From a virus (taxonomy: Duplodnaviria; Heunggongvirae; Uroviricota; Caudoviricetes): 64,000 nt of DNA. The notes beneath the pieces are model-generated. The model was not told where the DNA came from. It saw only the letters and a list, made by a program, of their open reading frames with translations, and searched no databases. Below, one piece after another: positions 50,654-59,748 of this stretch. The position numbers were made by a program, and so were the translations under genes. Location: the IMG/VR virus record IMGVR_UViG_3300031088_000799; one strand, written 5' to 3'. Each line of letters opens with the position of its first letter. Positions within the stretch are counted from its first letter, which is position 1.

Positions 50654-51465
50654 TTAATAGAATACATACTTTCAACTTGTCGGTATTCCTGTACCAGAGA
50701 AGCCAAGCCATCAATAGTGCTATAATTAAAGTCAACAAACCCTGTCATACCACTAAATGATTGCATCAACAACTCATCTTTATTAAAATTTAAAGCATCA
50801 ATAGAATTAGAACTATCAGTCATAATTAACTGGTCAATTTTTTTATCAACTGTATACTTAAGATGATAATGACAAGAAGCAGAAGGATCAAATACTCTAA
50901 TTTTATTGTCAATTAAATCACCAATTTTCCACTTAATAGAAAAGAACTCATTAAAATTTTTCCCTCTATTTGTGACTTCAATAGTATAACAGGACATATC
51001 AAAATCAAAATAAATAAAACTTTTCTTAAATGATTCCGTTAAAGTGAAAATATTAGAATCTTTCAAAATTTTTTTAGTTAATGGTTGTAGATTATCCATA
51101 ATAAAACTATAAAATTCATCTGTTTTTTCTTTTTTAAGGGGTATATGTTTGCAGTCAAACACTGAATTATTAATGTCATAATTAAATGCCAACTCGACAT
51201 GACATACAATAGTTTCTTTTGAACAATAAGTAAAAAATGGCATATAAAAATCTGAATCTTTAATTCGATAAAAACCATAATGTTGAATTTCTTTTCCACT
51301 CATCATACGAGTAAACAGAAAAAAACAATCTACATCATACATTGAACACTCATAAGATGTGGCTATCTCTTCATGAACAGCATCACCTGCTGTCCATATG
51401 TCAAGTTTTTCATAAGGATAATTAAAATAAGTTTCAAAAAAATACCTAAAATGACTGCGTTTCAT
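50650..51465 (-). CDS. hypothetical protein, paralog of 49826-50653; C-terminal motif family
   Basis: Ends RQVESMYSIK. Confidence 0.8.
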   Translation of the reverse strand: MKRSHFRYFFETYFNYPYEKLDIWTAGDAVHEEIATSYECSMYDVDCFFLFTRMMSGKEIQHYGFYRIKDSDFYMPFFTYCSKETIVCHVELAFNYDINNSVFDCKHIPLKKEKTDEFYSFIMDNLQPLTKKILKDSNIFTLTESFKKSFIYFDFDMSCYTIEVTNRGKNFNEFFSIKWKIGDLIDNKIRVFDPSASCHYHLKYTVDKKIDQLIMTDSSNSIDALNFNKDELLMQSFSGMTGFVDFNYSTIDGLASLVQEYRQVESMYSIK

Positions 51466-51483
51466 AAATTCCCCTTTAAATGA

Positions 51484-52329
51484 TTAGATCTTAATCATCT
51501 CACTGATTTCCACAATCCTATGTTTTTCACTATTGTAATAATCAAACAACTCAGTGTGTGTTGCAAAATACGGGATAACGTAATCATCAACACCATGATG
51601 ATTTCTTAATGCAAAACGGAAAGGTTCTGCAATAATAGCTGCATCACTACGCAATGTATTCCAAAAATCAAAATCATTAAAATTACCTGAAATAATAGCA
51701 CCAATCGGTTTTAATTGATAACTAATTTCCTCATTTCGAGTTTCTTTTGAATTATAGGAAATATCATTACTATAAATATTAAAGAAGAAGCCCGTTTCTT
51801 TAGTCTGATAAAAGAACTCTGTATCAAATGCAATTTCTTTATAAGTTAATCCATCTTCTCTACGCACTGAAAGAGTTGTTTGCTTAAACTGCATTGGACA
51901 ATTTTTTTTGCTATAATAACTATCAAATAGAAGAGAAAAACGCTCAGCATCTTCACCCAAGAACTCTTTAAAAGTAACAGGATTAAAGTTCAAATGATCC
52001 TTATAATCAAACAAGATATTCTGATACTTATCTTTATTGATTGAAATATTAAATTTATAGATGGCTCTGTAATCATTCAATCTTACAGCGTCAGATCCAT
52101 CAGAAAGCATAAAATCAAGAGCCATAGCAATATGCATATCTTTATAATGCACAATAACATCTATGAGCCTTTTCCTACGAAAACTGACATAATTAACGAC
52201 ATGAATATCATCATTCTTCACATCTACCATTACAGGAAAAATTTCATTCAAAACAAGCCTAGATAAAGCATCTTGATTAAAGAGCCTTTTACGCTTGTTA
52301 TTTTCCTGTATAAAGTCAATGTTCTTCAT
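51484..52329 (-). CDS. hypothetical protein, C-terminal motif family
   Basis: AGGAG SD; ends VEISEMIKI. Confidence 0.8.
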   Translation of the reverse strand: MKNIDFIQENNKRKRLFNQDALSRLVLNEIFPVMVDVKNDDIHVVNYVSFRRKRLIDVIVHYKDMHIAMALDFMLSDGSDAVRLNDYRAIYKFNISINKDKYQNILFDYKDHLNFNPVTFKEFLGEDAERFSLLFDSYYSKKNCPMQFKQTTLSVRREDGLTYKEIAFDTEFFYQTKETGFFFNIYSNDISYNSKETRNEEISYQLKPIGAIISGNFNDFDFWNTLRSDAAIIAEPFRFALRNHHGVDDYVIPYFATHTELFDYYNSEKHRIVEISEMIKI

Positions 52330-52430
52330 TCAATGTCTCCTAAAGTTTGAATAATTATACCATAATATAAAAATGATGTAAACAAAAAAGCCACAACACA
52401 AGGTTATGGCTTTATTGCTATCATGTTACT

Positions 52431-53093
52431 TTAATCAGTCTGACCAACAACTTCATCAGCTACAATAATGAAAAGGTCAGCCATTTCAGAAATTGCAATG
52501 TCCAATGTTTCATCAGCAATGTGACGACAAGCTTTCAAGTTAACAATCACATCAAATCCTGCCTTTTTCAATTGAATAGCAGTATTCTTTACACAATAGT
52601 CGGTAGCCAAACCACCCACGATAACAGTTTCAATTCCATTGGCTTTAAGCACTTCAATCACACCTGTAGTCTTTTTGTTACCCAAGTCATGATAGCAAGC
52701 ACCATATGGGTGCATATGTTTTTCAATGCCCTTATAAACCATAAAATCATACTTATCTGCTTTTGGAAGTTCATCCAAGAATTCAGCACCTTCTGTACCC
52801 AAAATACAGTGAGCTTTCCAGTGAATATCCATATCACGGAATTGTGGTGCAACAGGGCTAAATTGTGGATTCCGTTCATCAGCTACCCAGTAAGCATTAC
52901 GAGCGTGAATATCCTTAGAACCTACACGAAAACCTGCAAGTTCAGCTTGTTCATTTAAAGCAGCCGCAATCAAATGACCACCAGCAACTGGCAATTCATC
53001 AGGATAAATGGGAGTAAAACTCTTTTGAGGGTCTACGTCAAAAGCAGCAACTTTTACTTTGTCTTTGGTCACAACATATTGATTAGTTCTCAT
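52431..53093 (-). CDS. pncA: nicotinamidase/pyrazinamidase (isochorismatase family)
   Basis: DVDPQKSF..ELPVAGG, SKDIH, HWKAHCILGT.GA, YKG, GGLATDYCVKNTA. Confidence 0.9.
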   Translation of the reverse strand: MRTNQYVVTKDKVKVAAFDVDPQKSFTPIYPDELPVAGGHLIAAALNEQAELAGFRVGSKDIHARNAYWVADERNPQFSPVAPQFRDMDIHWKAHCILGTEGAEFLDELPKADKYDFMVYKGIEKHMHPYGACYHDLGNKKTTGVIEVLKANGIETVIVGGLATDYCVKNTAIQLKKAGFDVIVNLKACRHIADETLDIAISEMADLFIIVADEVVGQTD

Positions 53094-53151
53094 GGTGTAG
53101 CTCCTTTTTTTCATTTTGTGTATTATATCATACTATAATACTTCAATTCAA

Positions 53152-53940
53152 CTAAATTTCGTTCATTTCAACCACTTTTAAAGCTTGACTAACAGAAAAC
53201 AAAACTTCATCCATTGTTTTATAATCATTCACCAACAATTCACTGATGACTTTATTTCTAAAATGGGCTGACATCAATGCACCCCAATAATCTTTGAACT
53301 CAAGATCTTTGATACTGATATAAGTATAATCTTGAGTGGTCAGAGAAAAGGCATCATCATCACAATAAAATTTCATATTATTAAAAAATTTATCTGATGT
53401 TTGCTGATAATGATTAATAAAATAAGAGCCTTTATTTTTACACATATCAATAATAACTTTAAGAGATTTTCCATTTTTTCCATCGATATATGGATAAAAA
53501 TATAAAGAATCCAAAACACCAGATAGTTGCTTTTTATGGACTTCGGGTAAATTGGTCAATAATAGATCTGTATAGGTTTCAACATGCTCTCTTTCTACGT
53601 TTTTAACTGGCGTATTAATAAGGTGATAATCATCGTATTCAAATTGACTATTTCGAGAATAAACGACAGTATAATAAAGAATTATATGCATTGAAAAATT
53701 TTTAATAGAATTTTTGTCCTGAACAAATTCAAATGGAATACGTTGATTCAGTAATTTAATAAATCCATTACAACGAATTTTATTATCAAAATCTGTATGT
53801 TCGACAACATCAATATCCACAGCACATCCAAAGAAATTACAAGCAGTCTCATTCATCAATGTCGTATCAAAACGAATAGCTGAAAATTTACCAAAATGAT
53901 TATCTATACATTCAGCAGATTGCAATGGTTCAATGGTCAT
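53152..53940 (-). CDS. hypothetical protein, C-terminal motif family
   Basis: Ends LKVVEMNEI. Confidence 0.8.
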   Translation of the reverse strand: MTIEPLQSAECIDNHFGKFSAIRFDTTLMNETACNFFGCAVDIDVVEHTDFDNKIRCNGFIKLLNQRIPFEFVQDKNSIKNFSMHIILYYTVVYSRNSQFEYDDYHLINTPVKNVEREHVETYTDLLLTNLPEVHKKQLSGVLDSLYFYPYIDGKNGKSLKVIIDMCKNKGSYFINHYQQTSDKFFNNMKFYCDDDAFSLTTQDYTYISIKDLEFKDYWGALMSAHFRNKVISELLVNDYKTMDEVLFSVSQALKVVEMNEI

Positions 53941-54030
53941 AGTTTATTCCTCAGATTTGCCAAATTATAACATATTTAAAAAATATAGACAACAAAAAAA
54001 GACCTTTGGGATCTTTTATTCGTTTTCTAT

Positions 54031-55596
54031 TTAAACAGACATTCGAGGTCTTATACGCTCTTGTTTGTTTGCAGCCAATTGTTCTGGTGCAGCATTTAAC
54101 TCGGCTTGTTGTTTTAAAATATGTTTTTTGAAGAATTGTTTAACATCATCACCCGCTTTCACTTTAAATCCATTGTCATGAATTTCAAGCACTGGTAAAG
54201 CATCATCTGATCTTCTTGCAGTTAAACCATCAAGTTCTTTTGGAATAACCATAGAAAGTTCACTATTAACATCTCTTTTAGCACTAATTTCTAAATTCGG
54301 AACATCTTTCATTTCAGGCTCATCAAAAATAAAGACTTCTTTTGGTATTTGTCTACCTTTTGGCTCTGGCAATGGCTTGTAAGTTTCATTTATTTTACTT
54401 ACAAATTTAAGTAAGTCATCTTTACTTAATTCATTACTTTCTACCACAGGAACAGGATTTGGTTTTACGTCTTCTTTTTCTTTAACAAGAGCATCAATGA
54501 ATAATGGTTGTTTCAAATTATCTTTAACATAAGGAACTTCGATAACATTAGCATCAGGCATGTTAATTTTTATATTTGAATTGTCTATAGCTAGATTAAT
54601 TTCTTGTTCAATTTCAGCTTCAACAAAATAGTTGTTATCAGTTAATTGCATTGGTTCAACAGTTGGTGCTGGAAGCAAATCTGCATAAGATTTTCTAACA
54701 TCACTGACTAGTTGTAAATAATCAGCTTTATCCATAAGTCCATCCTGAATCATTGGAACTTCTGGTTGTTTTGCTGGTATTTCATTATTTATTGTCACTT
54801 TGGTCATAAGACCTACATCTAATTGATTGGCTGTCATCAATGGAGCTGCAAAAACAGTGCGTTCTAAGCCACTATCAATTTCATTGGATAAATCAGCATT
54901 AGCTCGTAAAGATGCAGTAACTTTACTATAATTTTCCTTACATTTATCAATAAGATTTAATAAAGGTGATACAGCATATAATGGCAATGAATATAATCCA
55001 GCCGTCATAATGGTTTCAACAGATTCAGCCGGTAAAGCATTAGTAAATTCATTACTTAAACCAGCCGCCAGCATTGTCCCTACAACACCAGTAGCAAAAG
55101 CATTATAGAGGTATTCTCTTCCTTCACGTTTTACTTCTTCAGCAGTAATATATTGATTTTCTTTAATAATAGGTGTTTCCAATTTATCAGCAATACGATC
55201 TTTGAATAAAGATAATTTTTGATAATCATACTCATAATCATTAACAGATTTTAATTTATCACCTGAAATTTTACACAAACCATCTTTCATTTTATCATAA
55301 AGATTCATTAAGGGAGTTGCTGCGAACGTAGCAACGGCTGGAATAATTCCTATTTGAGCAGCAGACTGGACAGCATCTAGTGGTAATGTATTAGTAACAT
55401 ACGCTAACATACTGCCAAAAGCTATCGTAGTTGAAACACCTGTTGATAAACCTATCACTGATAAATTGCGTTGCTCTTTTTCAGCATCACTTCTTAAATA
55501 CAATGTTTTTTTTGCGAGAGTTTCCTTCTCGCTATCAGCAAAATTTATCAAATCTAGATTTAATTTCTCAGAAATTGATTTTTTGAATAATGGCAT
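54031..55596 (-). CDS. membrane protein with duplicated hydrophobic hairpins, Pro/Glu-rich region and basic C-tail
   Basis: Repeats TPLMNLYDKMKD / SPLLNLIDKCKE; ends KQERIRPRMSV. Confidence 0.8.
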   Translation of the reverse strand: MPLFKKSISEKLNLDLINFADSEKETLAKKTLYLRSDAEKEQRNLSVIGLSTGVSTTIAFGSMLAYVTNTLPLDAVQSAAQIGIIPAVATFAATPLMNLYDKMKDGLCKISGDKLKSVNDYEYDYQKLSLFKDRIADKLETPIIKENQYITAEEVKREGREYLYNAFATGVVGTMLAAGLSNEFTNALPAESVETIMTAGLYSLPLYAVSPLLNLIDKCKENYSKVTASLRANADLSNEIDSGLERTVFAAPLMTANQLDVGLMTKVTINNEIPAKQPEVPMIQDGLMDKADYLQLVSDVRKSYADLLPAPTVEPMQLTDNNYFVEAEIEQEINLAIDNSNIKINMPDANVIEVPYVKDNLKQPLFIDALVKEKEDVKPNPVPVVESNELSKDDLLKFVSKINETYKPLPEPKGRQIPKEVFIFDEPEMKDVPNLEISAKRDVNSELSMVIPKELDGLTARRSDDALPVLEIHDNGFKVKAGDDVKQFFKKHILKQQAELNAAPEQLAANKQERIRPRMSV

Positions 55597-55657
55597 TACT
55601 TGACCAATTGTTGTTATTTATACACCTATTATACAACATAAGCAAAAAAAGTAAATT

Positions 55658-56338
55658 TTAATAATCAACAATTTCACTTAATTTAAACAATTGATCAAAA
55701 TCGGCATTAAATTCTACAACTTCATCATTAAGGCAGGTGAAAATTTTTGATTCCATAAAGGCTTGCCTGCACACATGTTCAAATGGACCAGCAATAATTT
55801 TAACAGTACTCTTATTTATATTATTGTCTTTATACTTACAACGCAAAACAATCGTTGAATCAATAAAATGAAATTCCATGTCTAATAAAAAATCGCTTTT
55901 TATTTGATATTTCACTACATGGTCATCATTATCTAAATTGTAAGCATAGCCAAATGAAGCGTTAACTTGATGCTTGTAATGTGCATAGGCATCAATAAAA
56001 AATTTTTCTGCATATTGACTGTTAATTTTATTAAATTTTCTAAAAAGAGTCAACATATGCTCAAAATTTGAATAGTGTTCAGTTACTAAGAAATCAACAT
56101 CACTAGAACAATCAATATCAAAAGTTAAAGAACCATCTTCTTCCTGCCTATAAAAATAAGGAAAACCATTCTCCATTACACAATAGCGAATACCATATTT
56201 ATAATGAACAAGAAGATGCTCAGACTCAGGTGAAAAGAAAGAATTTAATTTATCATTTTTAGAAACTTCAAAAGTTGTTTCCAAATGATGCCCATTTTTA
56301 AATCCTCGTAGAATTTTATGATTTTTTCTTCGGTTCAT
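55658..56338 (-). CDS. hypothetical protein, C-terminal motif family (I at -4)
   Basis: Ends FKLSEIVDY; preceded by TTGACT-17-TATTAT. Confidence 0.8.
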   Translation of the reverse strand: MNRRKNHKILRGFKNGHHLETTFEVSKNDKLNSFFSPESEHLLVHYKYGIRYCVMENGFPYFYRQEEDGSLTFDIDCSSDVDFLVTEHYSNFEHMLTLFRKFNKINSQYAEKFFIDAYAHYKHQVNASFGYAYNLDNDDHVVKYQIKSDFLLDMEFHFIDSTIVLRCKYKDNNINKSTVKIIAGPFEHVCRQAFMESKIFTCLNDEVVEFNADFDQLFKLSEIVDY

Positions 56339-56492
56339 TATAAGTCCTCATAGTTGCCTACTATAATACATTTTTTGAGCTTTAAAGTCAACGAAATATC
56401 TTTTAACAATACAAAGAAAATGCTTGATCTGATGTATCAATTTGTGTTATCATTAAAATATTATAGATTAAGTCACTAAAAGGTATTTAGTA

Positions 56493-57617
56493 ATGGGTAA
56501 GCAAAACAAAAGAAAAATTGAAGAATTTGAAAACAATGAATTGCGTTTCAAGCAATCTATTGCTATGCATTCAAACAAAGTAAAAATTGCAAACTCGACT
56601 CGACAAGAAGTCCCTATTGTAGCTGAAATTGAGCCTGAATTGCTCGAATTGGCTATTAATGATCCTGATGAATTCAAATGTAGCTCTAAATCCAATAATC
56701 GTGACAAAAAAGTCAAACTTTTGGCTAAATTCCTTTTTGCCAAATACAAAACACCCAAAATTCTTGAACAAGTATGGGAAGGCCCCACCATCCCAGAACG
56801 CCCTAACACCAAGAAAAAATCATCGGCTATTCGTTACCGAAAATGGTTTGTTTGTGCCGCAACAGGTGGCTCGCTTTACAAAGAACATTTGAAAACTTTT
56901 TTGACTAAAAAAGAAGGTGCTCTTTTTGTCAACTGCCCTTTCGAATTGACTATTGATCAAGCAATTGTGTACGCTATTGCTGCTGCAGAAGGTAATCGTG
57001 CTGGAATCGCCCTGCGTATCGCTAAATCGAAATTGAATGAAAAAAATTACGAAGATGACTTTTGGAAGAGCGTCATCCGTTTCTTCGCACAAGAAAATAA
57101 AACACCAGACACCGTAGAAAAAATAAACGATTTGGTAGACTTTATTAATGCTGAAAAATTGGCTAATGCTAACTTTAATATTTTTGGTAATGGTTGGACG
57201 CTTCCATCATTGACTAAAAGAATGCATGATTGGCACCATCAACTTCGTAGAATTAAAAAAATGGGATCTTTCTCTTGGACAGGTCATGCATTTAAAGACT
57301 TTGAATTGATTCGTAAAGAAGGCGAACCTAGCTGCGAACACTGGACCTTGACACAAATTAAAACATCGAAAGATCTTTTGGAAGAAGGTTCTAAACAACA
57401 CCACTGTGTGTATGGATATAAAGATTCATGCATTAATGGCTTAACTTCAATCTGGTCATTAAAAGTTAATAATAAAAGAAAAGTAACTATTGAAGTACGT
57501 TCAAATTACTCCATTGTTCAAGCTCGTGGTTTTGCAAATAGGAAAACAACAGGTGAAGAAGATAACTTGATTAATTTGTGGGCAAGAGAAAATGGCCTTC
57601 AAATCACTTACCGTTAA
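56493..57617 (+). CDS. PcfJ-like domain protein
   Basis: DWH..; LLEEGSKQHHCVYGY..SIWSL..TIEV..IVQARGFANR. Confidence 0.85.
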   Translation: MGKQNKRKIEEFENNELRFKQSIAMHSNKVKIANSTRQEVPIVAEIEPELLELAINDPDEFKCSSKSNNRDKKVKLLAKFLFAKYKTPKILEQVWEGPTIPERPNTKKKSSAIRYRKWFVCAATGGSLYKEHLKTFLTKKEGALFVNCPFELTIDQAIVYAIAAAEGNRAGIALRIAKSKLNEKNYEDDFWKSVIRFFAQENKTPDTVEKINDLVDFINAEKLANANFNIFGNGWTLPSLTKRMHDWHHQLRRIKKMGSFSWTGHAFKDFELIRKEGEPSCEHWTLTQIKTSKDLLEEGSKQHHCVYGYKDSCINGLTSIWSLKVNNKRKVTIEVRSNYSIVQARGFANRKTTGEEDNLINLWARENGLQITYR

Positions 57618-57802
57618 TGGCTAAAAAAATGAATAAAATGATGAATAAATTTCTCCAACCAAAAGTCAATTTTAGAAATATTGCATTATGGGAGCGTCTT
57701 TATGGTGAAGACTCCCATCCTCCCTGCAAAGGAAATCATTTTGTGCCTCCCAAATACTCTCGTTTTCATTTAAAACATGGTAAATGGAAAAAATTTGGAT
57801 AA
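57617..57802 (+). CDS. small basic hypothetical protein
   Basis: TAATG coupling to the PcfJ-like gene. Confidence 0.5.
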   Translation: MAKKMNKMMNKFLQPKVNFRNIALWERLYGEDSHPPCKGNHFVPPKYSRFHLKHGKWKKFG

Positions 57803-57887
57803 CTTTTTTAAATCATAATATATTTTCTTTCTCCTTATTGATATTGCTAAAAAATATGATATTAATAAGAAAAAAGGAGACTATATT

Positions 57888-58079
57888 ATGCCAACAGTAT
57901 ACAGAGTAAGTTATCTTGAAAGTGAACGTGGTTGGGGACAAGATAGATGGACAACTGATTATACATCAGAAGAAGAAGCTAAAAAAATGGTCCAAGAAAC
58001 CAATGAGAAATATTGTTCCAGCTCTACAACACCAGATTACTACATACAAGCCGAATATCTAGGGCAAATAAATCTTTAA
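57888..58079 (+). CDS. small phage-type hypothetical protein
   Basis: AAGGAG SD; ESERGWG motif. Confidence 0.75.
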   Translation: MPTVYRVSYLESERGWGQDRWTTDYTSEEEAKKMVQETNEKYCSSSTTPDYYIQAEYLGQINL

Positions 58080-58089
58080 AAAAAGACTC

Positions 58090-58926
58090 TCACGAGTCTT
58101 CTTTTTTTCCAAACACCATAACATATTCATCCATACGATTGATATTAAAACCATATGTGTCCATCCAAAATATGTTGTCTTTGTCTTTAAAGCGTTTGTG
58201 ATTTCTTTTTCGCATATAAGTATCATAAGCTTTTTCTTGATTAAATCGTATTCTATCAAAAAAATCATTACTGATTTGACTGCCATTAAATATAGATTCA
58301 GTAATCAATTTCTTTAAAATATACTCTTTTTTATTATGTCCAAGAACTACACCATCTTCAATTAATAACAAAGCAGTTTCTTCTAAAATCTGAACTTTGC
58401 TTTTTGGAACCAAATTTCCTGTAACTTCAAGGAGACGCTCTAAGCCAAAACCTACGTCTATACAAGTGTCCATAGTATTAACAATATTACCTATTTCAAC
58501 ATTATTTTTATAAAACTCTGTACAATAGCCCCCAATACTGCCATCAGACCAAATACATTCGTTATCTTTACGAACTTCAATATCGTATTCAGAATAGAGG
58601 TCTTTCCATTCTTCATATTTATCGGGGTGAATTGTTACATAGTCAGGTTTAATACCCAATTTGTTAACAAATGAATACATGAAATCAATAGATTTTTTAA
58701 GTGACCATTCTCTAAATGAAAACAATCCTATCATTTCAAATTTTAAGAAATGTGTGCCATCACCTATTTCATCTAGGTCATTAATGCGTAAACATTGTTG
58801 AATATTAGTAAATGTGTTGATATATTCTGGATTGGAATACAAAGGTTTAAATTGTTGCATACCAGAGGTGGTAAATAAAGTTGTTTCGTCAGGACTTTTG
58901 ACAGATGAGTTTATATGAAAGTCCAA
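58090..58926 (-). CDS. truncated alanyl-tRNA synthetase (aminoacylation domain only)
   Basis: TLFTTSGMQQFK, QQCLR.NDLDEIGD.TH..FEMIG.FSF, CTEFY, EIGNIV, IDVGFGLERL; lacks editing and C-Ala domains; start anomalous. Confidence 0.85.
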   Translation of the reverse strand: MDFHINSSVKSPDETTLFTTSGMQQFKPLYSNPEYINTFTNIQQCLRINDLDEIGDGTHFLKFEMIGLFSFREWSLKKSIDFMYSFVNKLGIKPDYVTIHPDKYEEWKDLYSEYDIEVRKDNECIWSDGSIGGYCTEFYKNNVEIGNIVNTMDTCIDVGFGLERLLEVTGNLVPKSKVQILEETALLLIEDGVVLGHNKKEYILKKLITESIFNGSQISNDFFDRIRFNQEKAYDTYMRKRNHKRFKDKDNIFWMDTYGFNINRMDEYVMVFGKKEDS

Positions 58927-59075
58927 ATCATATAATCTGGAATGATTAGTGTATATTTCTATTATTAGATTGCGTTTAGCTGTGACATAGCTTCCTCCTA
59001 TTTATCAAAGTTGTCTATGACATAATAACATCAGAAAGCTTATTATGTCAATAAACAAAAGTTTTTTTTATAAAA

Positions 59076-59736
59076 TTAATAATTGAGCATTGAAATCAAT
59101 TTAAAGATCGTATCATTAATTTCATGATTAGGGATTTTTTTCAAAATTCGTTGTTTAAAATACTCAATAAAGTGAATGTAAATAGCACTCTTATCTTTAA
59201 TTTGAATATGAATATTTAAACCAAAAATAATTTTAAAACTATGACGATTATGGTTATAACAAATGCCATCATCAATAATACTAAACAATTCAAAATACTC
59301 CATATTCTTTTTGCTTTCACTTAACTTTGGCATATTAATAGAAACATGTTTAATATCTAAATTATTCATGACAGACTGATACAATTGTATAGCGTTAATC
59401 AATTGCATAGCATGTTTAGACCAATCATTGATAATAACATGGTTCAGCAGACCTTCCATTTGTTTAATGTCTTTGATAGGGAAAGTGACTTTTTCAAAGC
59501 CCCTGAATTTGCCATAATTTTGAATTTTTCTTGATTTATCAACTTTTCTTTGATGATGCAAAAACAACTGCTATCACTTTATCTAGAGTGCTAGTAATAG
59601 ACATGATGTATCCAGTTTCATCTGGAGATGTTAATGTAAAATAATCAGCAAGGATTGGAACTTCAGTGACATCAAACTTTTTAGAACGTAAAAAATCTCT
59701 GAAATTCTCTCGTGAAACCAATAAGTGATCACACAT
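59076..59736 (-). pseudogene. frameshifted member of the C-terminal motif family (ORFs 59539-59736 and 59076-59567)
   Basis: SD-led 65-aa ORF overlaps an SD-less 163-aa ORF; removing one A from AAGAAAAG fuses them; ends FKLISMLNY. Confidence 0.55.
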
Positions 59737-59748
59737 TATAAAAACTCC

